From Bdellovibrionales bacterium (GTDB lineage: Bacteria > Bdellovibrionota > Bdellovibrionia > Bdellovibrionales > JAUICD01): 64,000 nt of DNA. Position 1 is the first letter of the stretch, and every line of letters begins with the position of its first letter. Under the pieces are notes generated by a model that worked only from the letters and a program-made list of their open reading frames with translations, did no database searches and was not told where the DNA came from. The translations under genes and the position numbers were made by a program. This document shows, piece by piece, positions 10,231 through 20,295 of this stretch. Where the stretch lies: the NCBI GenBank assembly GCA_965262715.1, contig OZ253553.1, positions 2,592,001 through 2,656,000 on the forward strand, written 5' to 3'.

Positions 10231-10989
10231 TGCTTGCTCCTCCTTACTTCTAATAATCTCATTTTCAATCTCTATAAATTCCTCTTTTGAGTAATTTGTA
10301 CCTTGAAGCATGTATCTTCCTAAAATGTCAGCATTCTCTTGATAGTTTGGGTCCTTACCATCTTGATAACACATCTCAAATATAGACTTGATCTTATCCC
10401 GTGTCATATTCCAAATGTGTTTGAATGCAAGACAAAAACTTGCTATATCTCCAGCCTTATCTTTAATATCTTCATCAGGTCTCTGATTTAAATCTACCAC
10501 ATTCAATCTAAAATTGAAACTCTCAGCACCAAAAACCTCTTTTAACCCCTTTGACCAACCAAAAGCCGATTGTAAATCAGAAGGAAGATTTAAGGGTTTT
10601 TTACCATGAACTAATAAAATAGTGGTGATAGGGTAAATATGACTTTCTAAAAGAGCTACATTGTACTTTAAAGCTTGTAGAAAAATCTTTCTCTGTGGCT
10701 CAATATGACTCTTATGCTCAACAATAACTGCGACTAAAAGATCTGTACCTATTTTTGCTTTTTTTAAATTCACTTTTGCAATAATATCTGCCCGACATTT
10801 TTGAATATCTCCACTGGACTGTTTTCTAAGAAGCTCTGTGTCAATAAACTCTATCTGATCTCCAGCAATGACATTAAATTTTTTAGGATCTAATGCAAAC
10901 TTTAAAAGCTGTCTAAAACGATCTTTATTCTTAAAAGCTAATTTAAATATCTTATCATGATCAATTTGAAAATCTGTATCCCTAGACAT
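10042..10989 (-). CDS. Rpn family (YhgA-like) PD-(D/E)XK nuclease / putative transposase
   Basis: HDKIFKLAF, RADII, VEHKS motifs; C-terminal GIEK x4 repeats and IAKITNLS HTH-like tail. Confidence 0.88.
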   Translation of the reverse strand: MSRDTDFQIDHDKIFKLAFKNKDRFRQLLKFALDPKKFNVIAGDQIEFIDTELLRKQSSGDIQKCRADIIAKVNLKKAKIGTDLLVAVIVEHKSHIEPQRKIFLQALKYNVALLESHIYPITTILLVHGKKPLNLPSDLQSAFGWSKGLKEVFGAESFNFRLNVVDLNQRPDEDIKDKAGDIASFCLAFKHIWNMTRDKIKSIFEMCYQDGKDPNYQENADILGRYMLQGTNYSKEEFIEIENEIIRSKEEQAMKSTYDRLIDEGIEKGIEKGIEKGIEKGMEKVALRMLEQNMELQFIAKITNLSIQQLQKLKK

Positions 10990-11199
10990 AATATCCCTCT
11001 TTCTATGAATAAAAAATAAACTTCAGGTATAACTTTCAGTAGCAAAAGTAATGCCAAATTTTTATTGGCTAAAAAGTGGTTTTAAGAAGATTTAAGAGAA
11101 CTTAAGAGAATATTTGTCTTAATGGTTGGACACTAAAGCTTAAATCCCGGACATGAAAGCACGTTTTTTAGAGAAAGCATTTCTGTCCATAATAACAAT

Positions 11200-11446
11200 G
11201 ATTCAATAAAATGAGAATATAAGATATTCTAATATGATGATATAATGAAGTTGGTTTTTATGAGTAAGAGTGTTATATTAAAATAAGGTCTTTGACAAAA
11301 AAATAGTTTTCAAACTTAGGAAAGCCTGTTTATTGCAAACCTTGGTTTTAATATTATTTGTAGGTATCATAATGGCAAAATTATTGATTTTAAAATTTAT
11401 TTTTGTTTGTTTATTTGGTGAAACCTACTTATTTTGGAGCTTATGT
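11200..11446 (+). promoter_or_regulatory. CRISPR leader (AT-rich); 5' boundary approximate
   Basis: Non-coding AT-rich stretch directly before the first repeat. Repeat orientation and the degenerate opposite end place the leader here. Confidence 0.6.
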
Positions 11447-14400
11447 GTCTAAGAAGACTTATTAATTTCTACTATTGTAGATGAAACAAAGCGTTCTTTA
11501 TTTTACTCAAGTCTAAGAAGACTTATTAATTTCTACTATTGTAGATTGCATAACGGGGATTTAGTATTCATCTGTCTAAGAAGACTTATTAATTTCTACT
11601 ATTGTAGATATAGTCATTATCTCGCTCTGCAAATCCAGTCTAAGAAGACTTATTAATTTCTACTATTGTAGATCCACTGACACTTCTATACATTTTAAAG
11701 TCTAAGAAGACTTATTAATTTCTACTATTGTAGATAGACCTGAGACCACACCAGGCAAACAAAGAAGTCTAAGAAGACTTATTAATTTCTACTATTGTAG
11801 ATAGATTCAATCTATCATATCTACGCACGTCTAAGAAGACTTATTAATTTCTACTATTGTAGATCAATACGCTTTCTTTTCAGCGAGTCTCGTCTAAGAA
11901 GACTTATTAATTTCTACTATTGTAGATCTGAGTAAAAAGACTCATTAATAATAAATGTCTAAGAAGACTTATTAATTTCTACTATTGTAGATAGTTTAAC
12001 ATTTCATTCCCTTTGCCCTGTCTAAGAAGACTTATTAATTTCTACTATTGTAGATAAGAATAAGTTTTATTATTTCTTTTTCATGTCTAAGAAGACTTAT
12101 TAATTTCTACTATTGTAGATACTGATGATAACTCCAGCGATTCTTGGTCTAAGAAGACTTATTAATTTCTACTATTGTAGATGAACTCTAATTTTGAATG
12201 CTACAAGGGTCTAAGAAGACTTATTAATTTCTACTATTGTAGATAACCCCCTTGCGCTCTGCGCGCTGTTAAATCTAAGAAGACTTATTAATTTCTACTA
12301 TTGTAGATTGATATAAGTTTTGCGCCCTTCAGTTGTCTAAGAAGACTTATTAATTTCTACTATTGTAGATAGTGTTAGAACGACTGTAGCTTTATCTTGT
12401 CTAAGAAGACTTATTAATTTCTACTATTGTAGATTGACATTCCAGTTCAAAAGCGATGTCAAGGTCTAAGAAGACTTATTAATTTCTACTATTGTAGATT
12501 CATCTAATATTTCTTTTTCTGTTTTTGGTCTAAGAAGACTTATTAATTTCTACTATTGTAGATAATCATTTATTCCCCCTATCTGTGTCAGTCTAAGAAG
12601 ACTTATTAATTTCTACTATTGTAGATTGACATTCCAGTTCAAAAGCGATGTCAAGGTCTAAGAAGACTTATTAATTTCTACTATTGTAGATTCATCTAAT
12701 ATTTCTTTTTCTGTTTTTGGTCTAAGAAGACTTATTAATTTCTACTATTGTAGATAATCATTTATTCCCCCTATCTGTGTCAGTCTAAGAAGACTTATTA
12801 ATTTCTACTATTGTAGATTTTCAATGGTGTTGTTTGCAATTATGTCTAAGAAGACTTATTAATTTCTACTATTGTAGATTCACCGACTATCTCATGCATC
12901 TTTTCGAGTCTAAGAAGACTTATTAATTTCTACTATTGTAGATTTGATGAAGATGGAAATTTTCAGGGTAAGTCTAAGAAGACTTATTAATTTCTACTAT
13001 TGTAGATTTATCAGCACTAACTACCTGTGTAAATGTCTAAGAAGACTTATTAATTTCTACTATTGTAGATACTCTGTCTTTTAGGTTTTTAACTTTGTCT
13101 AAGAAGACTTATTAATTTCTACTATTGTAGATTTAGAAACCTCAAATAATTCCCAATAAGTCTAAGAAGACTTATTAATTTCTACTATTGTAGATCTTGA
13201 ATGACAGAGGGATGTGTATAAGTCTAAGAAGACTTATTAATTTCTACTATTGTAGATTGAAGCTGGATAAACTCCATCAATTTTGTCTAAGAAGACTTAT
13301 TAATTTCTACTATTGTAGATAATATCTTTATTTGCTCTTTTTCTGTAGTCTAAGAAGACTTATTAATTTCTACTATTGTAGATCCATCTAACAAATCTTC
13401 CCTAGTTTTCTGTGTCTAAGAAGACTTATTAATTTCTACTATTGTAGATATAGCACACATATTATGTAGATGACTAGTGTCTAAGAAGACTTATTAATTT
13501 CTACTATTGTAGATGGAAAAAAGATACAGATCTATTTGTCTGTCTAAGAAGACTTATTAATTTCTACTATTGTAGATGAAATGTTAGCGGTGTATTTTTA
13601 TCAAGTCTAAGAAGACTTATTAATTTCTACTATTGTAGATTGATACGGGTATTCTTCCAATCTTCGGGTCTAAGAAGACTTATTAATTTCTACTATTGTA
13701 GATAAGCATCACGGAAAGACTTCTTGAGGTCTAAGAAGACTTATTAATTTCTACTATTGTAGATCTAATCATGTTGGTACGATTCTGAATTGGTCTAAGA
13801 AGACTTATTAATTTCTACTATTGTAGATATATAACAATACTACAAATCCAGCAGGTCTAAGAAGACTTATTAATTTCTACTATTGTAGATTAATCATATT
13901 ATCCTCCTTTTATTACGTCTAAGAAGACTTATTAATTTCTACTATTGTAGATATGTTAGTGCATTTCAGTCAGATTTTGTCTAAGAAGACTTATTAATTT
14001 CTACTATTGTAGATACATCGTTAAACATTGTTTTTAAAAAAGTCTAAGAAGACTTATTAATTTCTACTATTGTAGATAATAATAAAAGGTCTCTCACTTC
14101 ACAGGTCTAAGAAGACTTATTAATTTCTACTATTGTAGATGGTCTAGGAACACTGGAAGGTTTTGTGGGTCTAAGAAGACTTATTAATTTCTACTATTGT
14201 AGATGTAAGAAGCTCTTGCACTGGTTTTAGGTCTAAGAAGACTTATTAATTTCTACTATTGTAGATTTATGCTAGGACATGATATTTATAAGGTCTAAGA
14301 AGACTTATTAATTTCTACTATTGTAGATCATTTGTAGGTTTCGAATTTGTCTATTGGTCTAAGAAGACTTATTAATTTCTACTATTGTAGATATGTGCTA

Positions 14401-15205
14401 TCGCTTGTCTCAGGGCTTGGTGTCTAAGAAGACTTATTAATTTCTACTATTGTAGATCTGAACAACTATGGTCAGCCAGATTACAGTCTAAGAAGACTTA
14501 TTAATTTCTACTATTGTAGATGCGAGCGTGAGGTCCCCAGTAGCGGTTAGTCTAAGAAGACTTATTAATTTCTACTATTGTAGATAACTCAATATCCGCT
14601 GCTTTAACATGTGTCTAAGAAGACTTATTAATTTCTACTATTGTAGATTTAGGGATGTCTCACGATAACCCTAAAGTCTAAGAAGACTTATTAATTTCTA
14701 CTATTGTAGATCTAAAGGGGGGGTTCGAATCCCTCCCCAGTCTAAGAAGACTTATTAATTTCTACTATTGTAGATCATAAAGAGATTTCCACAGACGACA
14801 AGTCTAAGAAGACTTATTAATTTCTACTATTGTAGATTACCTAGAAGTCTGTTTACTTGAGCAGTCTAAGAAGACTTATTAATTTCTACTATTGTAGATA
14901 ATTGTTACTTGTCCTATATCATGTGGTGTCTAAGAAGACTTATTAATTTCTACTATTGTAGATACGTGTCTAACACGACCGTCAGACTCAGTCTAAGAAG
15001 ACTTATTAATTTCTACTATTGTAGATACCAATAATAAGTTTTACTTACATCTGGTCTAAGAAGACTTATTAATTTCTACTATTGTAGATACCAATAATAA
15101 GTTTTACTTACATCTGGTCTAAGAAGACTTATTAATTTCTACTATTGTAGATGTAAAAATTGACCTTTCGCTTGATCTGTATGTCTAAGAAGACTTATTA
15201 ATTTC
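11447..15205 (+). CRISPR. Type V-A CRISPR array: 59 full 36-nt repeats plus a truncated 60th, 59 spacers (25-31 nt)
   Basis: Repeat GTCTAAGAAGACTTATTAATTTCTACTATTGTAGAT, ending in the Cas12a handle AATTTCTAC-TATT-GTAGAT. One G>A variant at 12273. Manual count. Confidence 0.99.
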
Positions 15206-16448
15206 GATCTTTCACTCAAAATGCCTCTTGCTTCTAGCAACTTTCTGGCAGTAAGCTCGACGACTCTCGTCGTCGTAAAAAGCTTACTGCCTAGAAAGCT
15301 TGAGGCATTTTTACTAAGGAGGACTTCCTCATTCCTTAACACTATGTTAAGGAAATCGTTGTTATTTACCATAGTCAGCCTAATGGTTCACACCATCAGT
15401 AAAATGGTCATTGCCTAGAAAATCTGTTCCTTTTGAGTAAGAAGATAGCCTTTGCTTTTTACATCATGTTAAGGAACCAGGTTTTCTAACAAGCACTCAA
15501 ATCTTCATAGTAGGTTAAGGTTTAGCTTTATAGTAAGAAAATGACTTTTTGCTTCTATTATCGTACATATAACTATTGTCATATATATCTCAGTGTCTAA
15601 GAAGACTTATTAATTTCGATCTTTCACTCAAAATGCCTCTTGCTTCTAGCAACTTTCTGGCAGTAAGCTCGACGACTCTCGTCGTCGTAAAAAGCTTACT
15701 GCCTAGAAAGCTTGAGGCATTTTTACTAAGGAGGACTTCCTCATTCCTTAACACTATGTTAAGGAAATCGTTGTTATTTACCATAGTCAGCCTGATGGTT
15801 CACACCATCAGTAAAATGGTCATTGCCTAGAAAGTTTGTTCCTTTTGAGTAAGAACATATTCTTTGCCTTTAACATCATGTTAAGGAATCAATTTTCTAA
15901 TTAATTTCTACTATTGTAGATTAGAGCTTCGCCAGTTATGGGGTTAAAGTCTAAGAAGACTTATTAATTTCGATCTTTCACTCAAAATGCCTCTTGCTTC
16001 TAGCAACTTTCTGGCAGTAAGCTCGACGACTCTCGTCGTCGTAAAAAGCTTACTGCCTAGAAAGCTTGAGGCATTTTTACTAAGGAGGACTTCCTCATTC
16101 CTTAACACTATGTTAAGGAAATCGTTGTTATTTACCATAGTCAGCCTGATGGTTCACACCATCAGTAAAATGGTCATTGCCTAGAAAGTTTGTTCCTTTT
16201 GAGTAAGAAGATAGTCTTTGCTTTTTACATCATGTTAAGGAATCAAGTTTTCTAACAAGCACTCAAATCTTCGCAGTAGGTTAAGGTTTAGCTTTATAGT
16301 AAGAAAATGACTTTTTGCTTCTATTATCGTATATATAAATATTGTCATATATATCTCAACGTCTAAGAAGACTTATCAATTTCGATCTTTCACTCAAAAT
16401 GCCTCTTGCTTCTAGCAACTTTCTGGCAGTAAGCTAAGGTTTAGTCTT
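15183..16448 (+). repeat. Tandem ~412-bp units, each a 23-nt CRISPR half-repeat plus structured repeat sequence; includes one orphan repeat half and spacer
   Basis: Units start at 15183, 15595, 15949 and 16361 with GTCTAAGAAGACTTATTAATTTC-GATCTTTCACTCAAAATGCCTC. The 3' repeat half is at 15900-15921 and a spacer at 15922-15948. Confidence 0.9.
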
Positions 16449-16471
16449 ATATCTGTTGCTGTTGCTATTTC

Positions 16472-17812
16472 GTAACTTCAAATCGTAAGTGCAACTCTTT
16501 TGTGTTTATAGATATTTTTAAAAGTTGTATCATTTTAGGATTAATATTCCAACAAAGTTTTAATTATCATAAAAGATTATTGAAATTTATTTTATTTGAA
16601 TGGATGTATTTTGATGTTTATGGCAAAGTCTCGTAGTCCTCGAGCTATCGCTCTGCGGAAGAACGATTCTTTGCCATAAACATCAAGCTGTCAAATGAGA
16701 TATTCATTAGCAGAAGTTATTATATATAAGTGACATTAAATGGATAAACTATGAATGACTTCAGCAAACCATCTTCTGCCTATGAAACTCATTAGGACTT
16801 AGAAATCCTAAACTCTTTCGAGGACGATGGTTTAAAAGAACTTCAACTCTTTTTACATCCTTTTGAGTGATCTTTCTGAAGTCTGTCTTCTTTGGAAAAT
16901 ACTGACGGATTAAACCATTTGTGTTCTCATTTAAACCTCGCTCATAAGAACTGTAAGGATGTGCAAAATAAACTTTACATCCGGTATATTCACTGATCTG
17001 CTCATGACACGAAAACTCTTTACCATTGTCTAATGTGATCGTATGAACAATCTCTCCTTTAAGAGCTTTAGAAATAGAAAAACAGCTTCAGATCTCTTAG
17101 ATCCTATTTTGAAGATCCTCGTCTTCTTAGAGCATCTATCTACAAGAGTCACTAAAGCTCCCTTGTGATTTCCTTCTATCATCAGATCACCTTCTATATC
17201 TCCTATCCGTATCTTCTTATCTACTATCTGAGGCCTCTTATCAATACTCACTCTATTCTGTATCTGACCCCTTTTATCAAATCTACTTGTACCATATCGC
17301 TTCTTCCGTTTTTTCTGACATCTTAAAAATTTGTAGAGAGAACCTCCTACTTTCTTATCCTTTAGAATATGCTGGTAAATACTCTCGTGACTTACAAATA
17401 AACCTCTTTCACGAAGATAACCACAAATCTGTTCCGGACTCCAATAACAACAACGAAGAAACTTCTCAATCCTACGAATAACTTTCTGTGTTATCTTTAT
17501 ATGTCTATGAGAATTCTTCAGACGATAAGAGGCTTTTTCATGGGCTTGGTGAGCGCGATATCCACGCAAACCTCTATTACGATTCATTTCCCTATATAAC
17601 GTGCTTTTATCTCGACCTAACTGCTTTGCAATTGAACTTATTGATTTTCCACTTCTCAAAAGTGCTGAAACCTGATACCTTTCAACTTAGGTTAGATGAG
17701 TGTACTTGCTCATGGAATACTCCTTTCATTATTTAAAGCGTATGGACTAGAGTATTCCTCTAACCCACTTTAAACAACTAGGCAAGGAGTTGCACTTACA
17801 GCTTGAATCCAC
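16472..17812 (-). mobile_element. IS30-family insertion sequence (inactive)
   Basis: Imperfect 26-bp terminal inverted repeats GTAACTTCAAATCGTAAGTGCAACTC (16472-16497) and GAGTTGCACTTACAGCTTGAATCCAC (17787-17812) enclose a transposase pseudogene. Confidence 0.85.
16761..17713 (-). pseudogene. IS30 transposase pseudogene
   Basis: IAKQLGRDKSTLYREMNRN, WSPEQI, SHESIY, GDIEGD; a second frame gives TLDNGKEF...YERGLNENTNGLIRQYFPK...NHRPRKSLG. In-frame TAA at codon 9 (17689-17687) and a frameshift near 17030-17080. Confidence 0.9.
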
Positions 17813-17984
17813 CAAATCTAAAATCCTTAATCAAATGAAAACTCCGGCTTCCATGATAACCTAAATAATTTAATCTCAAAAATATAAAAAATACTCACCA
17901 ATATCTCTCTAGCTAAATCCTTCTGCAACAAAGCCTTTAAAAGAAATAAAAAATCATCTTATATCTTTAAAAAGTAAAGGATTT

Positions 17985-18629
17985 ATGTTATCAAGAAGAG
18001 AAGGCTCAACAAGTATAGGGCATACTCTAGAACAGGAACTTGGGTTAACTGAAAATAATTTAGCTATTCCCGATATAAGTGGTCGTGTAGAATTAAAGGC
18101 AACTCGAAAAAATTCAAGTTCACTGATAACATTATTTGCTTTTAATAAAGCCGTTTGGAGAATTCACCCAAAAGAGGTTATTGAGAAATATGGTTATATT
18201 GATGAAAAAAGTCGTCAAGCTCTACAGTCAAGAGTCTCCTGTTCTCGTTACAATTCACGGAATTTAAAAATTGAGTTAGATAAAATAGATCATAAAGTTC
18301 ACCTGTATTCTAATACAGAAGATTTGCTTGCAACATGGAATATTTATACAATAGTAGGAAAATTTATCTCTAAATTCGAAAAATTATTGATTGTTTTCGC
18401 AGATACTCGACGTGTTCATGGTAAAGAAAGTTTTTTATTTAATGAAGCATATCTTCTTAAAGAGCCACTTCCTGAATGCTTTCTAAGAGCTTTTGAAAAT
18501 TCTCAAATTGTGATTGAGCTGCGCATGTATTTAAAAAACACAGGTAGTGTAAGGAATCATGGAACTGCATTTCGTATTAAAGAAAGCGATATAATTCATT
18601 TATATAAAGATAAACAACAAATTTTGTGA
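17985..18629 (+). CDS. MvaI/BcnI family restriction endonuclease
   Basis: GSTSIGHTLEQELGLTENN...PD...ELKATR...ITLF and C-terminal RNHGTAFRI motifs. Confidence 0.8.
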   Translation: MLSRREGSTSIGHTLEQELGLTENNLAIPDISGRVELKATRKNSSSLITLFAFNKAVWRIHPKEVIEKYGYIDEKSRQALQSRVSCSRYNSRNLKIELDKIDHKVHLYSNTEDLLATWNIYTIVGKFISKFEKLLIVFADTRRVHGKESFLFNEAYLLKEPLPECFLRAFENSQIVIELRMYLKNTGSVRNHGTAFRIKESDIIHLYKDKQQIL

Positions 18630-18876
18630 CCACTCCTCCAGCACATAATAAAATAAAGAAGTCTATCATAGCTTTATATACAAGCTAGAAGTTTATGTTA
18701 TAAAACCTTGTTTGCCAGACTCCCAGATAAAGTGTAACCTATGTCTCCAGAATGGACCCAGCTGCCTGAAACGGATTGCCTTGTCTGCCCGATTGCCAGA
18801 TCCTAGAATATATATTGTAGATGCGATATCTGTTGGGACCACTCTATTTAAATTAATATTTATGCAATAGGTTAGG

Positions 18877-20295
18877 TTATTGAGGGTTGTCATAAAGGAA
18901 GGTGGGATATTGCTTATCAAAGCAAGCTGCGCAGTAAGTGTCTTTATCATCCTTAACAGCAGCAAATAAATCTTCCATTGATAAATATGCTAGCGAGTCT
19001 GCTCCAATACTTTGTCTGACCTCTTCTAGAGTCAAAGTGTTCATAATGAGTTTTTCTGCTTTTGGAGTATCTACACCATAAAAACAGGATCCTCTTGTTG
19101 GAGGCGCAGCTATACGGAAATGAATCTTTTCAGCACCAGCTTTTCTCAAAATTTGAACAACCTTCTTACTAGTAGTTCCTCTCACTAAAGAATCATCTAC
19201 AACAATGATCTGCTTTCCTTTTAAAAAAGCGGATAAAGGATTAAGCTTTATTTTTACACCAAAATTTCTCATACTTTGTGTTGGTTCAATAAACGTGCGA
19301 CCTACATAGTGACTTCTAATGATTCCAAGTTCAAAAGGAATTTTTGAAGTCTCACTGTATCCAATAGCTGCAGGTATGCCGCTGTCAGGTACAGGCATTA
19401 CCATATCTGCTTTGATAGATTCTTTTTTTGCTAATAGAGAGCCAAGAGTTTTTCGAACTTTGTATACACTCTCACCAAAAATAAAACTATCTGGTCTTGA
19501 AAAATAAACATGTTCAAATATACATTTTGATTTCTTTGAACTTTTTTTACTAGGGAGAGGTATACTTTTAGCAAAAGAATCAGAATGTTCTCCTGACTGA
19601 TCTCTCCAAAAAATCTCTCCTGGTTCAATCTCTCTTACATAATCTGCTTCAATTAAATCTAAGGCACAAGACTCAGAGGCAATAACTGTTGTTTTTTGGT
19701 CCTTTTTACCTAATATAAGAGGACGGAACCCGTGAGTGTCTCTTATCACAATCAAACTCCTATCAGTTAAGATAAGTAAACTGAATGCACCATCTAGTTG
19801 ACTTAAAACAGTTTTTAACCCTTCTAAGAAAGGCACCTCTGACTGCTTTGCTAAAAGATGTAAAATCACTTCTGTGTCATTAGTGCCATGAAAAAGAGTG
19901 CCTGTACTAGATAACTGCTTTCTAATCTCAGTAGTATTCACAATATTACCATTATGAGCAATAGAGATTTGCCCTTTTCTCCATTGAGTGGTAAGAGGTT
20001 GAATATTATTCATAGAATTGCGGCCTGTGATAGAATATCTGACATGTCCTATAGCAGCAGCTCCTTTTAAACGGTCTAACTCTTTTTGTTTAAAAGCATC
20101 AGCTACTAAACCTAAACGTCGACTTTGGATTTGTAGTTTTTTCTGATAATCTAAGCTAACGATACCACACGCTTCTTGTCCTCTATGTTGTAGAGCATAA
20201 AGGCCTAAATAAGTCCACTTACTAGCTTCATTATCTCCCCAAATTCCAAAAATGCCACATTCGTCCTTAAAACCCAAAACTCTTCTCCTTTTCAT
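18877..20295 (-). CDS. purF: Amidophosphoribosyltransferase
   Basis: ECGIFG, LQHRGQE, GHVRYS, HNGN, VDDSLVRGTT. Confidence 0.97.
   Translation of the reverse strand: MKRRRVLGFKDECGIFGIWGDNEASKWTYLGLYALQHRGQEACGIVSLDYQKKLQIQSRRLGLVADAFKQKELDRLKGAAAIGHVRYSITGRNSMNNIQPLTTQWRKGQISIAHNGNIVNTTEIRKQLSSTGTLFHGTNDTEVILHLLAKQSEVPFLEGLKTVLSQLDGAFSLLILTDRSLIVIRDTHGFRPLILGKKDQKTTVIASESCALDLIEADYVREIEPGEIFWRDQSGEHSDSFAKSIPLPSKKSSKKSKCIFEHVYFSRPDSFIFGESVYKVRKTLGSLLAKKESIKADMVMPVPDSGIPAAIGYSETSKIPFELGIIRSHYVGRTFIEPTQSMRNFGVKIKLNPLSAFLKGKQIIVVDDSLVRGTTSKKVVQILRKAGAEKIHFRIAAPPTRGSCFYGVDTPKAEKLIMNTLTLEEVRQSIGADSLAYLSMEDLFAAVKDDKDTYCAACFDKQYPTFLYDNPQ

Noticed and set aside
9756..11446. tracrRNA or anti-repeat near the cas genes
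   Set aside because: No repeat-complementary segment seen, and Cas12a-family effectors do not need one
14649..14675. Self-complementary spacers (TTAGGG...CCCTAA; also TGACAT...ATGTCA at 12435)
   Set aside because: 6-7 bp stems are plausible by chance or from terminator-derived protospacers; no further support
11483..15948. Self-targeting spacers within the window
   Set aside because: No match noticed by eye; a proper alignment is needed to exclude it
15142..16184. Repeated 64-84 aa ORFs in the CRISPR trailer
   Set aside because: They arise on both strands of a palindromic repeat, with no recognisable protein features
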